Assembly: GCA_977017645.1 (NCBI GenBank)
Contig: OZ360220.1
Location: forward strand, 151,900,001-151,964,000
Source of the DNA: Torpedo marmorata
Lineage: Eukaryota
Reading direction: 5' to 3'
Length of the DNA: 64,000 nt
In this document: in pieces, positions 50,229 through 62,800 of the stretch
Layout of the letters: the number at the start of each line of letters is the position of its first letter
How positions within the stretch are numbered: position 1 is the stretch's first letter
Program-made: the position numbers and the translations under genes
Notes under the pieces: generated by a model
The model's database searches: none
Seen by the model: only the letters and a program-made list of their open reading frames with translations
Told to the model about the DNA's origin: nothing

Positions 50229-51121
50229 TAGTAAACTACTTGCTCAGTATAGACGTTGGGCTGAAGGGCCTACTTCTATGCTGTAAAATTCTATGAGACT
50301 ATGATTAAATTCCAAGAAACTGAAAATTGATTATTTGCACTGTTTACTTTGTTATGGACCATGACTGACCATTTGGACTGCGGACGGTCAGCAGGAAGGA
50401 TGAAGTCTTTTGGAGTATACACTGGGGCCAGGTACTGAAAGAGTTAACTTGCCCAGCTACTTGGTGTACCCAGACAAGATACATTGTTGCACTCTTGGTG
50501 TACCCAGACAGAGAGAGACCAGAGAGAGAGAGAGAGACAGACTGTGGACAAGATACATTTGTTTCACTTTTGCAAAAAGCAGGTGTAGTTCACTGCACAA
50601 GGCAGGCAGTTGTAAGTTGCAAAGGCTGGAGAACACAGCCAAATGCAGGCGTGTGCAAAGTCAGAGAAAAGACTGGCAGAATAGCACATGGCCTCCTGTC
50701 TCAGAGAAATTCTGAGAAAAAGCAACTTCTGTGGAGAACAGGCGTGAGATCAGCGAGACTAGCTGTGAGATTCAAGCATACGCCTAAATCAGTGGTATAC
50801 TGATCTGAACAGACAATCCTTATGAACACCCAAGAAGGGGACGTCATCAGAGAAGAAAACAAGTATTTGTAAGCATAAACAGTCATTGTCTCTCTCCAAC
50901 GTTCATTCAGAAGTACTTCTACCAGACACAGAGCTGAAGTTGAAGCCTGAACTTAGAGAGTGAATTTTGTAGACTGTATTATCCTTTTTTTTGACTAACT
51001 TGTTTTTTATTACTGACCTGGGGTTTTTGGGGAAAGTTTTTCCATTTTTACATAAGGGTTGGGCACAGACTGTAATGGTCTGGGCTTTACACACACACAC
51101 ACACACCTTTTAGATAAGAAT

Positions 51122-51866
51122 AAAAAACACAAAAGCTGGAGAACTCAGCAGGTCAAACAGTGTCTTTTATGTAGCAAAGGAAGAAATACATAACCGACGT
51201 TTCGGGCTTGAGCCCTTCTTCAAAGTATGAGAAAATGCCGGCAGACGTCCGAACAAAGGAGTGAGGGGGGAAGGGGGGGGGGTGGCAAAGGCAGGAGATG
51301 ACAGGTGGAGAAAGGAGGGAGGGGACAGCAGCAAAGAGGGGGAGGAGGGGTGGCTGGGTAGCTAGAGGAAACCAGAAAGGACAGGTGAGGGGGGAGGGGA
51401 AGGGAACAACAAACAGGTTTAGTGGAAAGCAGAAAAGTCAATGTTAATTCCATCTGGCTGGAGAGTGCCGAGACGGAATATGAGATGTTGTTCCTCCAAT
51501 TTGCGGGTAGTAAGGGTGGGATGGTACATGAGGCCATGGACAGACATGTGAGTGTGGGAGTGTGACCCAGAATTGAAATGGTTGGCCACTGGGAGGTCGC
51601 TGTTGTTGCGAACCGAGCGGAGGTGCTGAGCGAAGCGATCTCCCAATCTGCGACCGGTCTCTCCAATGTATAGAAGGCCACAAAGGGAGCACCGGATGCA
51701 GTAAATAATTCCTCTGGATGTACAAGTGAAGTGTTGCTTCACTTGGAAGGCCTGTTTGGGGCCCTGGACCGTGGTGAGGGGGGAGGTGTGCGCGCAGGTG
51801 TTGCACCTCCTGCGGGCGCAGGGGAAGGTTCCGGGGGTGCGATGGGTGGGGAGGGACGAGTGCACG
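51122..51866 (-). mobile_element. Penelope-like element 3' portion with GIY-YIG endonuclease
   Basis: ORF 51419-51865: CxxxxCxxC, GIIYCIRCSLCGLLYIGETGRRLGDRFAQH, VANHF, LGTLQPDGIN; followed by 3' UTR/pLTR. Confidence 0.93.
51189..51229 (-). ncRNA. Minimal type I hammerhead ribozyme motif (C3U variant) in Penelope pLTR
   Basis: CATACT TTGAAGA A GGGC TCAA GCCC GAAA CGTC GGTTATG; PLE pLTRs are known to carry such minimal hammerheads; activity not shown. Confidence 0.65.
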
Positions 51867-52111
51867 AGTGTTTATAGTGTTTATAGTGTTTATAGACGTT
51901 TATAGTGGGGTTAATTGTTGTGAAATTATATGTTTAATTGTGTTTAATAAATAGTAATTTCAATTTTACCCCTTTTGCATTGCGTCTTCTGTCGTTGCTG
52001 GTTTGATTTTGTAACAACTTTCTGTGACATGTGTTGTAATTTTATTATTGTCATTAAAGACATGTAGTTCTAAAATAGTGAAAAGGGATCATTTGCATCA
52101 CTTCGTTTAGA

Positions 52112-53035
52112 CCATGACCATAAGATATAGAGGCAGAAGTAGGCCATTCGGCCCATCGATTCCGCTCCGCCATTCCATCATGAGCGGATCCATTCTCCCA
52201 CTCAGCCCCACTCCCCTGCCTTCTCCTCTTAACTTTGGATACCCTGACTATTCAGATAGTTATCAATCTCTGCCTTAAATGCACCCAAAGACTTGGCCTC
52301 CACTGCTGCCCTTGGCAGCAAATTCCAGAGGTTCACCACTCTCTGGCTAAAGAAATTCCTCTGCATCTCTGTTTTAAACGGGCGCCCTTCAATCATGAAG
52401 TTGTGCCCTCTTGCCCTTGACTCCCCTACCATGGGAAACAACTTTGCCACATCTACTCTGTCCAGGCATTTCAACATTCGAAATGCTTCTATGAGGTTCC
52501 CCCTTTATTCTTCTGAACCTCAAGGAGTAGAGTCCAAGAGTCGTTAAACATTTATCCGATGCTAATCCCTTCATTCCAGGAATCATTCTTGTAAATCTTC
52601 TCTTTACCCTCTCCAATGCCAGCACATCCTTCCTTAAATAAGGAGCCTAAAACTGTACCCTGTACACCAAGTGAAGCCTCACCAGTGCCTTATAAAGGCT
52701 CAACATCACATCCCTGCTCTTCTATCCTGTTCCTCTAGATATGAATGCAAACATTGTGTTCGCCTTATTCACTACCAACTCGAACTGGAGGTCAACCTTT
52801 AGGGTATCCTGCATGAGGACTCCAAAGTCCCGTTGCACCTCCGAATTTTGAATTTTCTCCCCATCCAATTTTCTCTGCCATTTTATTCCTTCTACTAAAG
52901 TGCATGACCGTACACTTTGTAACATTGTATTTCATTTGCCACTTCTTTGTCCATTCTCCTAATTTATCTATGTCTCTCTGCAGTCTCTCCATTTCCTCCT
53001 CACTACCTGCCGCTCCACCTATCTTTGTATCATTT
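52112..53035 (-). mobile_element. CR1-like LINE 3' portion
   Basis: DTKIGG..LQRDIDKL..WQMKYN; FFSQRVVNLWNLLP; frameshifted. Confidence 0.9.
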
Positions 53036-53597
53036 GTGACGTGTTGCATAAAGACTGTTGTATTTTACTATTGTCATTAAAGGCATATAATTTGAATATT
53101 CTCCCTTCTGGTATGTTAGTGATTTGCAGTTTGAAGCAGTTATTTGTACAGTATACAGCTCTCTGTCAAGCTATAACATTGTCCTGTTGCAAAGTAACAA
53201 AAGAAGCAATTATCTACATTTACAAAACACCAATAACCAAATGAAAAATCTCAAACCCCTTCACAGGAGCAATAGCACGGACCACATGACTGCAGGCTTG
53301 GTCAAAGAGGTAGTTTTAATTAAATGAAAAAAGGTCTTAAGGTGGGAGAGAGAATTCCAGAGTTTAAAAGCACAGCCGTCAATGATAGAGTGGTTAGAAC
53401 TGAGGACATGTGTGAACCCAGAATGTCACTCAATGCAATTATCCACCCCGAGGTTTAACTTCAGGCAGAGAACAACTTGCATAAGGAGAAGGGACTGAAT
53501 GGATTGCTCCATATGGAGCCAGCACAGACTCAATGGGCCAAATGGCCTCCCGTGCAGTAAATAATTTAGTAAGTTAATGCAATCTCAACCGTTCATT

Positions 53598-53840
53598 TTG
53601 GAGATACAGCATGGTAACAGGCCCTTTTAGCCGACGAGCGCTGGCCACCTATTTACACCCATGTGACCAATTAACCTACAAACCCTGTATGTTTTGGAGG
53701 GTGGAAGGAAACTGGAGAACCCAGAGGAAACCCACGCAAGTCACGGGGAGAACGTACAAACTCCTTACAGACAGCAGCGGATTCGAACCAGGGTCGCTGG
53801 CGCTGTAATAGTGTTGGGCAACCGCTACACTAACCATGCC
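53598..53840 (-). mobile_element. V-SINE (HE1-like)
   Basis: Reverse-complement homolog of 40899-41140. Confidence 0.85.
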
Positions 53841-56182
53841 AATCTGAGCGCAGGCCTCTTAGTAAACTTGGCTTCAGACAAACTAGAGTTAAATTCTATC
53901 CAAGGTGAATCTGGAATTTGGTAACAACATGAGGGCGAGCTCAGAATTCTTCTTAGAATGTAATTAGAGGGTTTGCCTGACTTGAATTATACAGCGACTT
54001 TTACATCTGCCCCCCATTCCTGTCTTTATTTGAAAGTGGTGCAGTGGTAAATAACAATGATTCAGTTACGTAGCTGGTGATGCAGAGTCATTTGGGTGCG
54101 CCCGTGTTTCAATCGCTGGGATTTGATGGCAGGCTGCACTCAGTCTACATGGAGTTAGACCTTCCTGGGAGTGATCCCTGGCCTTTGCTATGGGTCCACT
54201 GTGGTGTACAACCTCATTTCCGAAGTGGTCAGATGGTCTAATGGACTCTTGGAGACTGTAACAACACACTGGAGTAAGTGAGAACAAAAAACACGGACTT
54301 TCTGCTTCTTCTGAACATTAAAGTTACCCACCAGAGGACTGAAGCTTACAATGACATTTAGAAATATATGCATGATCAAACAGCCAAACTGATTTTTAAT
54401 ATTCCTAAAGATACCCAGCGCTGAAAGGGTTACATTTTCCTTCTGTTGTGTATTCCTTTATTTTGTGATCATATTCCCCAGAGTCTGGTTTTCTCTTTTA
54501 TTGCAGTTTCTGGCATTTACTTTTTTTTGCTGCATGAAGAAATACCCGAGAACTGTTCAAACGCTTCCCATGTGTTTTTCTTTATGTATCCATCCACATC
54601 GCGGTCCCAGGAGATACCAATATAAGAAAGCATTAGGCTGTAAAATTGTATGTTATTAAGCCAGGCACACTGCAGCATATACAAACAGCATTCTTACTCC
54701 GGACTGGCAATCTGCTCCACTATGTTATCAGGGCTCTGGAGGCACCACAGAAAATTATATTTTTACAAAGCTCTAGGAGTGTAACAAGAAGAATTCCAGC
54801 ATTTAAGAACAAGGTAAGTTGCTCTTTGCTTGGTGCCATACCCAGTTGAATTTCCAGACAACCAGGCACTTATTTTCTTTGTTGGAATGTGTATTGGCGT
54901 ACCTTCATGAATTATAATACCTTATAAAAAACAATAAGAATTAAAATCCCGGCAGAGTTCTTATCTACCATTTACCGAGGGAGGATAGAATTCCTTTTGA
55001 GAGGAGACTTGTTTGTTGCAATGCACCTGAACAAGATGTGGAGAGACAGCTCTGGTACAGTTCAACAAGCAGTACTTTTTATAGAACTGGTAAATGGATT
55101 TTTAAGACGGGACAATCCACCTTGCCTCTGCCCATTGTCAAAATGTTTTGAACACGTAATGATTCGTAGACCAACCTCTGGGTAAGATTGTACAAATTCA
55201 GACAATGAGAACTACTTTAGGAACTAGAAGTTTATAAATCTTGTAAAATGCAGCAAATTGGGATGCTTGTGGACACTGTGTCGGACTCTTTAATTTAAGA
55301 AGGTACATAATTGATAAGATTTGCAGGGGAAAATAAAACAATACTTTACAGAAGAATTGAAGGATTTATACAGTGACAGTGGAGTGATATTTACCCAGCT
55401 ATGATGCACAGCATAGATATGAAAAGTCACTGGGGAGATTCTTTAAAGAGTGCATAACTGTGGAATAACAGACAACTTAGTGTTGATAACATTGTTTAGA
55501 ATGAAATTATTTCAATTATCCAACAAGTCTTTAACAGTTACTGTATTTATTGAAACTTATTCTACAATGAGAAAACATGTTTCTTAAATTATTAATGGTT
55601 AGATTTTTAAAAAATATTATTGAGTGCATTTATTTAGAGTCTGGAATTTTACTTTCTACATAGCAATTATAAGAGCTCACAACAAATTATTCCGTTGCTA
55701 GGAACTGCATGCCCTGTATTTGAAATTAAGTGTTAAATAAAGGAACCAGTTCACAGCTCTGTTGTCCTACATTTACATGCCTCAGTGCTGATCAACCCTT
55801 CTTCAAAACAGTGTTGTATGAAACACGTACACTGCTGCCAATTTAGAGAAGGTGCAAAACACTTTTCAGTGCCAGGCAACAGTGTGCTAGCGGAGTTGGA
55901 GCCTTCCCTGAGGAGTGTGACTCTCTAGAGGGGAAACCTTGCACTGTTTTCAGTGCAACACCACACGGAGTGTAAATCCATTGGACTCCATCTTAACATA
56001 GAAGACCTTCATTCAAACTGTCAGAGCAACAGCAACAGCTGAATTCTAATCAATGCAGCATATATGTGTTTATTCATATGTTACTATTGCACTACCTGCT
56101 GTATGTGTCGGTTATCCTGGATAGCACACAAAACAAAGTTTTTCAATCAGTTTGGTACAAGTGACAATAAACAATGCAATTC

Positions 56183-56400
56183 AATGTACCCAGACACACC
56201 CTGACCCCTACACATACATGTACCCAGGCCCACCCTGACCTGACCCCTACACATACATGTACCCAGACACACCCTGACCCCTACACAGACTGTACATGTA
56301 CCCAGGCATACCCTGACCCCTACATATATATGTACCCAGGCACACCCTGACCTGACCCCCACACATACATGGATCCAGATGTGCCCTGATGCTCTCCTAT
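56183..56400. repeat. Degenerate 36-41 bp tandem repeat, continuing in decayed form to about 56980
   Basis: Recurring ATGTACCCAG(A/G)CACACCCTGACCCCTACACATAC. Confidence 0.8.
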
Positions 56401-56408
56401 ACGTTTGT

Positions 56409-56697
56409 CAGTGCCGGATTTAGGCATAAGCTAAACAAGCAACAGCTTAGGGCCTCACAATCCGCAGGGGCCTCAAAAATATATTAATGTATGTAAAAAA
56501 TATTTTAAAAATTACATTTAAGTATTGTTTCCAGGCTATACTATATTATAATCTATGATAGAGATCAAGCCAAGCAAATGATAAATATGTAATCAGTAAA
56601 TGCATTCATTTGAAAATGATTTGTATTGTAATTTGTTAACAAGGGGCCTCCAAGCTTTATATAGCTTAGGGCCTCACCAAGTCTAAATCCGGCACTG
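56409..56697. mobile_element. hAT-type MITE (289 bp)
   Basis: Perfect 15-bp TIRs CAGTGCCGGATTTAG/CTAAATCCGGCACTG; flanks ACGTTTGT and ACGTTCAT consistent with an 8-bp TSD. Confidence 0.88.
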
Positions 56698-57194
56698 ACG
56701 TTCATGTATCTTTACCAAGATCCATGCACAGTGTCCTTACTCCCACACATATGTGTTTCCAGCCACACTCTGATCTTTTTTTTACTCATATATATTCCCA
56801 GCCACACACTGACCCTTCCAGTACATATGAAAATCTAGACACACTCTGACCCCTCCCGTACACATACAAGCATCCCAGCACGCAGTAAGACTTTCCTAAC
56901 GTGTATTCTTGCGCATATTGACATCTCTCCAAAGTATACTGCACAAAGTAAAAATATCTCTACCAATGCACACCCTGACCTTCTGCAGAGGATGAGTATA
57001 TCTCTGACCAGGCAATTGCTGTCAAATTAATTAGCCAGCAAACCCTATTTCTCCAACCATGCACATGTTACCTTGGAGGAGTCATTTCTTACCTTGTTTG
57101 TTAATACCAGGTCCATTTAGCCCTTGTTGATTCGGTCTCTGAAGATAAAGAAGAGAAAGAATGACGTGTATTTCCAAAGGGGTTCTCTTGTCCT

Positions 57195-57475
57195 TTCCAG
57201 AATGCACAATACATCCAGTGAGGTACTTCAGAAGGTAGCCACTGTTGCAATGTAAGATATATGGCAGCTAATTTAGGTGAAGCAAGATCCCACAATCAGC
57301 AATGTGATTTTCAATAGATTATCTGTCATAGTAAAATTGAGTGAGGGGTGAATATTGGCCAGGACAACAGAGAGGGCACCCCTACTCTCTTTCGGAATTG
57401 TGCCATGGGATCTTTTACATCCACTCAAGAGAGCAGACAGGGGACATCAGTTCAGGCTCCTGTCCAAAAGACCAC
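57195..57475 (-). mobile_element. DeuSINE (SacSINE1/AmnSINE1-related) remnant
   Basis: Minus strand GGATGTAAAAGATCCCATGGCAC...TGTCCTGGCCAATATT matches the Deu domain as recalled. Confidence 0.7.
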
Positions 57476-57554
57476 ACAGTCATGGGGGCATAAGGTGTGT
57501 AGAAAGGGGATGAGTACACAGTAGGTGCTGGGGACACAGAGACTGTGCACGTGC

Positions 57555-57890
57555 AAGATAGAGTAAATGCAAACAGGTTTTCTCTACTGAGGTTAGGTGA
57601 GGTACAAACCAGAGGACATGGGTTAAGGGTAAAAGGGGAAAAGTTTAAAGGGAACATTAGGGGGAACTTCTTCACACAGAGAGTGGTGGGAGTATGGAAT
57701 GAGCTGCCAGCTGAATTGGTAAATGCGGGCTCAATTTTAACATTTAAGAAGAATTTGGACAGGTACATGGATGGGAGAGGTATGGAGGGCTATGGTCCAG
57801 GTTCAGGTCAGTGGGACTAGGCAGAATAGTAGTTTGGCATGAACTAGAAGGGCTGAAGGGCCTGTTTCTGTGCTGCCGGGTTCTATAGTT
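57555..57890 (+). mobile_element. CR1-like LINE 3' end
   Basis: TRGHGLRVKGEKF..FFTQRVVGVWNELP. Confidence 0.88.
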
Positions 57891-59227
57891 TTATTCCTGC
57901 GTTCAATAGTCTGATGACAATGCGAAAGAAACTGCCCTTTAATTGGGCATGTTTTTACATTCTTGTATCTTCTACCCGAGGGGATGGGGGAGAAGAGAGT
58001 CTGACCTGGGTGGGATGTGTCTTTAATTGGTTGGCTGCCGCACCGAGAGAGCAGGAAGTGGAAACAACTCTCCGTGATTTCTTGCGGACTTGGCTAGACC
58101 ACTTCCTGTACCATGGACCCAGACAGGACACTTTCTCTGGTGCATCAGTAAAAATTAGCAAAAGACATTGGGGACTTGCAAAGTTTCCTTCGGATTTTGA
58201 GGAAGCCATGGGGGAGGGATGGAGAGGGGGAGTTGCAGGCACTTCAGAAGTAAGGCATGCTGAAATGCCAAAACTCCGACTGCAAACCTGCCGTATTCCT
58301 GACCCTCAGTGTTCCCAACCTCTACTCTGCTGTACACCTGGCCTGCACTCCAGGTCGCACTCTGGACTAACGCGTGGAGCCAGATATTGAATCATTTGGA
58401 TTTACGAGTAATTGGATAGTGTTTTATAGTATTGGAATAGTCTTTAAATGTCTCCATTAGGGACATTTGAAACAGCCCCAAAGGACTTTGTCGCCAGAGA
58501 GTTGGAGATGGGGGGCCTCAGCTTCTGCCTCCTGAGCCCTGTCCTTCCGTCAAAGCCCACCGTGCCTACATGTCACATGACCACATCTGGCCAAGATTAG
58601 TTCAGGAGATTGGGGACGAATGCAGTTAGAAGGGACCATGAGTGGTGAGTCAGGGTAGTGGCTGGCTTCCAACCAACCTGGTGTTTGCCTTTCAGTTTTC
58701 TGCACTCTGTCAGGTTTAAAGTGTTGCAGTGTGCATTCCATGTCTCATGAAGTCTTCCATTACTTCACGGAGAATAGATTATGGTGTTTTCTTCCATTAC
58801 AAAAAACACATCAGGAAATTCCTGAAATTCAATCTTAAATGTTTGATTTGGTTTCAAATTTGCCTGAATATTTAACATGTCTGCTTTTCAAATCTGCATT
58901 TGTTCTTTACATGTTCATGCTCTACAGTGAACAGAGGTGGAAGGAACCCAACCCAGCCAAATATTGTCTCTCCGTCATCTGCAGAGATGCGGAGAGTGCC
59001 ATGGGCTTTCTTGCCTGTGCCCACCTTGGGTTTTGACTGGGTCACTCTTGGCCAGACCACGTTGCAGCCTGGGGTCATCTCCAGATGTAGCTGCAGAAAA
59101 GGCAGCGCTGCCGCTGGTGTGGCCCTGGGGGGAGCGGAAACGCAGCGCTCCTCCACAGGGTCCTACTACCCAGTCGGGAAGGTTCAAATTGACTGTTTTA
59201 TTTCCCCCAAAGATTCTCGGAGTCCCA

Positions 59228-59782
59228 GCTCCCAAGATGGCGGCGCCCATGGTCAGCAGCCCAGACCACGATGGTCATGGGCTCCGAGGGAGCAGTGGAT
59301 CGGCGCAGGGGACCAGTGTGGGAGAACCTCCACCCCCTTCCCTGCCAAGGAGGAGAAGCCCTGGGAGAGGACCATACAGGTTAGGAGACCACGGACGAGT
59401 GAGGGGCTCGGAGGCTGAAGGAGTCACACCAGGCTGTGGGAACCAGGTTTCGACACTGGGATCCGTGAGGGTCTGGGTGGTGAGCAGGGTTCCCAAGGGC
59501 CTGGGGTGCTGACATTTTTATGATCGTATCGGGGAACAAAGGTCCGAGGTGGGAGGTTTGGACGCCTCGAACTCTGGTTCATCGCTGAACCAGACAGGAC
59601 ACAATGGCATCGAAGGAGGTGGCGGGATCCACGGACACTCGATGTCTCTGAGGAGACCCTCTTTTGATTCTCTTTCTCATCTCGATAGTGCAGCTGGACT
59701 GGTGGTACCTCTTTGTGTGCCTTGACAGGAAAAAGGAAATTTTTTTTGTGTGTACTTTTGTGTAAATAATAATAAATGGAAT
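59228..59782 (+). mobile_element. Unclassified GC-rich non-coding interspersed repeat
   Basis: Begins near CCAAGATGGCGGC; 3' part homologous to 30618-30870; ends near AATAAA. Confidence 0.5.
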
Positions 59783-59844
59783 TTTGAGTCGACTTCCAGA
59801 GTTGAAGTGAAAGGGAGTCAACGGACCTCAAGGAAAAACATGCC

Positions 59845-62800
59845 TGTAAGGGTTAAAATGCAAGTTGCAAACAAATTCTCCAAGCAGCCTGTAGATGTTG
59901 ACATATTTCATGCTGTCTCCCAGTAACATCTTGCTTCAAGGTTATAGCTAGCTCTCTCTCTGCGTGTTTGAGATAAACGGTCAGTTTGATTTTCTTTGTT
60001 CTACGAAATGGAAGGAATTTGTTTTGTTCTGACAACTTTTATTGACCGTTTAATCGTTTAATTGTTTAATCACTGTTTTAGTACAATATAACAAAGTTTT
60101 TTAATGGCTTGTAATAATGTAGTAACTAATATAACGTTTAATAAACTGTGGAAAACTCAACTCAACTTTAGTACCGATTTGTTTGAACGAGTCATAGACA
60201 ACAACAACATTCTAATTCCTGCAAGCGACTATAAAGGAAAATAGTCGCAACAATTAGTCAATAAAAGACAGAATTTAAGACAATAGAAACTTGGAAATTG
60301 GATTTGGAATTCGGACTGGATGGATTGGGCTCTGTTTAGAGCATTTCGAACTCAAGGAGGCACGATCATCGACAGCAGCACCAAGGCCATTGAAGAAGTG
60401 GTAAGCCTTACTAAAGGATTCCTTCTGTGTGTTTATTGAAAGTTAGAACACAGTTTGGAAAAACTGCCGCTTGTATTCAGGACTGTTTTGGTTTTGGAGT
60501 TATTGTTGTGAATGATTGATGTCTGAGTGCGACGATCGGCTGTATGGATAATATGGCAGCCGCCGCAGGGGCTGCTGCCCCTAAGGAGCTATGCATCGAG
60601 AAGATGAAGAAAACGGAACTTAAAGAAGAATTGCAAAGGCGGCAATCAGATACAAGTGGAAACAAAGCGACTCTTCAAGCAAAACTGAAGGAGAGGCAAT
60701 AGGAAAGTAGAAGGTTACAGCTGCTGGGGAAACCAGCCATTTGGAAGTGTTTGAAGGTGTGCCACTAGATGGTGGTGTGGAGGATGGGCATCCAAAATGG
60801 AGACAAAGTCAGATATTAAGGCAACATCTGACATACAGGATGAAATAGGACCAAAGGATAGTGTGTCAACTACTGGAAGCAGGAGAAGTAAGAGCAGGCT
60901 CCAGAGTTTCAAGTACTGAATCTACACGCTTAAAGGTTCAGGCAAACGCGGCAGCTCTTGAAGCGGAAAAAGAAATGCTTCAAATTAGATTGGATTTAGA
61001 AGAGCGGGAGGAGTGGATAAGAATAACACGGGTGCAGCTACGGAGAGAAGAGGAGCTGAAACGGGAGCAGCTACAAAGAGAAGAGGAGCAGCTACGGAGA
61101 GGAAGAGCAGAAACAGGAGCAGCTATGAAGAGAAGAGGAGCAGAAACGGGAGCAGCTATGCAGAAAAGAGGAGCAGCTGCGAATGGAAAAGGAGCTGCAG
61201 GAGGAGCAGCTAAGAAGGGAGGAAGTGCAGCTAAAAAGGCAAAAGGAGCTACTAGAACTAAACAAAAGAGTTGTTGTTAATCAGACCAGGTTGAAGGCAC
61301 TAGAAGGCTCAGAAGTATCTGGTGCTCGAAGTAAATTATCTAAAGCGTCTAACATTTTGGAGTCACGTTTTGAGGAAGGACAACAGAAAAAGAAAATATT
61401 TAATACCAAGGCTGAGCTATGGCAGTGCTACGGTCACAAGACGTGTATGGTCATGAACTAGACAGGTTAAGGCACGGTCGTGAGCCAGTGCTACGGTCAC
61501 AAGACGTGCTTGGTCCTGAACTAGACAGGTTAAGGCATGGTTGTGCCAAATCTCAAACCCCAATAATGACCCTATTGGACAGAGATGTGAGCCTAATGCC
61601 ATCTTATGAAGCAGAATACCACCCGCTCCTGGCAGGTAATAGAAATCCGGGTGAACAAAGTAACTTACTCCCAGGCATGAGAAGGCAAGATGAAATGGCT
61701 GCATTGTTAATTCAGTTACAGTCTCTCTCTTCTTTACCCAAGAGAAAGATTCCAGTTTTTGATGGTGACCCACTTCAATTCCAAGCATTTATGAAAAGCT
61801 TTGAACGCAATATTGAAATTAAGTGTCAAAGCTCGGAGGATTGTTTATATTATTTGCAGCAGTTCACGAGTGGACAACCACAAGATCTTATAAAGAGTTG
61901 CCAGCATATGGTCCCGAATGAAGGATTCAAACAGGCTAAGTTTTTACTAAAGAAGCATTTTGGCAACAAGCATAAAATTTCTACAGCTTATGTACAGAAG
62001 GCTCTTTCATGGTTGTCAATAAGACCAGATGACACGAAGGATTTACAAGCTTACGCCCTCTTTCTAAGAGGATGTTGCAACGTCATGACGGAGATCAGCC
62101 ATCTTCGAGAGCTTGACATATCTACTAATATGCTAATCATTTAAAATAAATTACCCTACTGGATGAGAGAACTATGGAGAAGTCAAGTTGTTGAATTCCA
62201 GAAAAAATGTGATGAAACGGCTACTTTTAAGGATTTGGTGGAGTTCATTGAAAGGCATTCAAACAGTAAGTAAAGAAGTTGAGAGGTCCAAATCATACCC
62301 TCAACCAAAATTTTTAAAAAGTACATTTGCTACCTCTTTGGCAGTGGTGGATAAAGAAATTAAGGAAAATGAAAGTTTGCCCGTTGTGAAGAAATGTTTG
62401 TTCTATAATGATAAGCACGATTTGGAAAAGTGTGCACAGATGGAAAAGAAGACGCATAGTGAGAAAATTGCTTTTTTGAAGGAAAATGGAGTATGTTTTG
62501 GCTGTCTGTGTAAAGGACACATCAGCAAAAGCTGCAAAAAGCGACTCAGCTGCGATATATGTAGTCAAAAGCATCCCAAAATGCTACATATCTTCCAGGA
62601 AAAGAAGAAAACGGAAAAGGAACAAACGACAAGAAAAGAAGCAGATGAAAACAGTGCTGAAGCCTCGGTATTGACAAATGGTCTTACTGGGGGCGGAGAG
62701 AACAACTTCAAACTTTTAATAGTACCTGTGTAAGTCAAGGCCAAGAAAGGAAGTGCAATAGTGCATACTTATGCATTTCATGACTCAGGAAGCACTGCGT

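Larger units (their letters stand above)
50350..52016 (+). mobile_element. Solo LTR of the same Gypsy family as 34762-40598, with nested Penelope insertion
   Basis: TGTTATGGACC...TTTGTAACA is the reverse complement of the proviral LTR ends; ACTT TSD at 50346-50349 and 52017-52020. Confidence 0.92.

Noticed and set aside
54060-54820. Exon-like segments with GTAAG donors
   Set aside because: No recognisable protein in the frames examined
55693-55705. RFX X-box-like GTTGCTAGGAAC
   Set aside because: Single imperfect motif with no supporting context
58900-59512. 172-aa and 191-aa overlapping ORFs
   Set aside because: GC-rich repeat sequence with no recognisable protein motif
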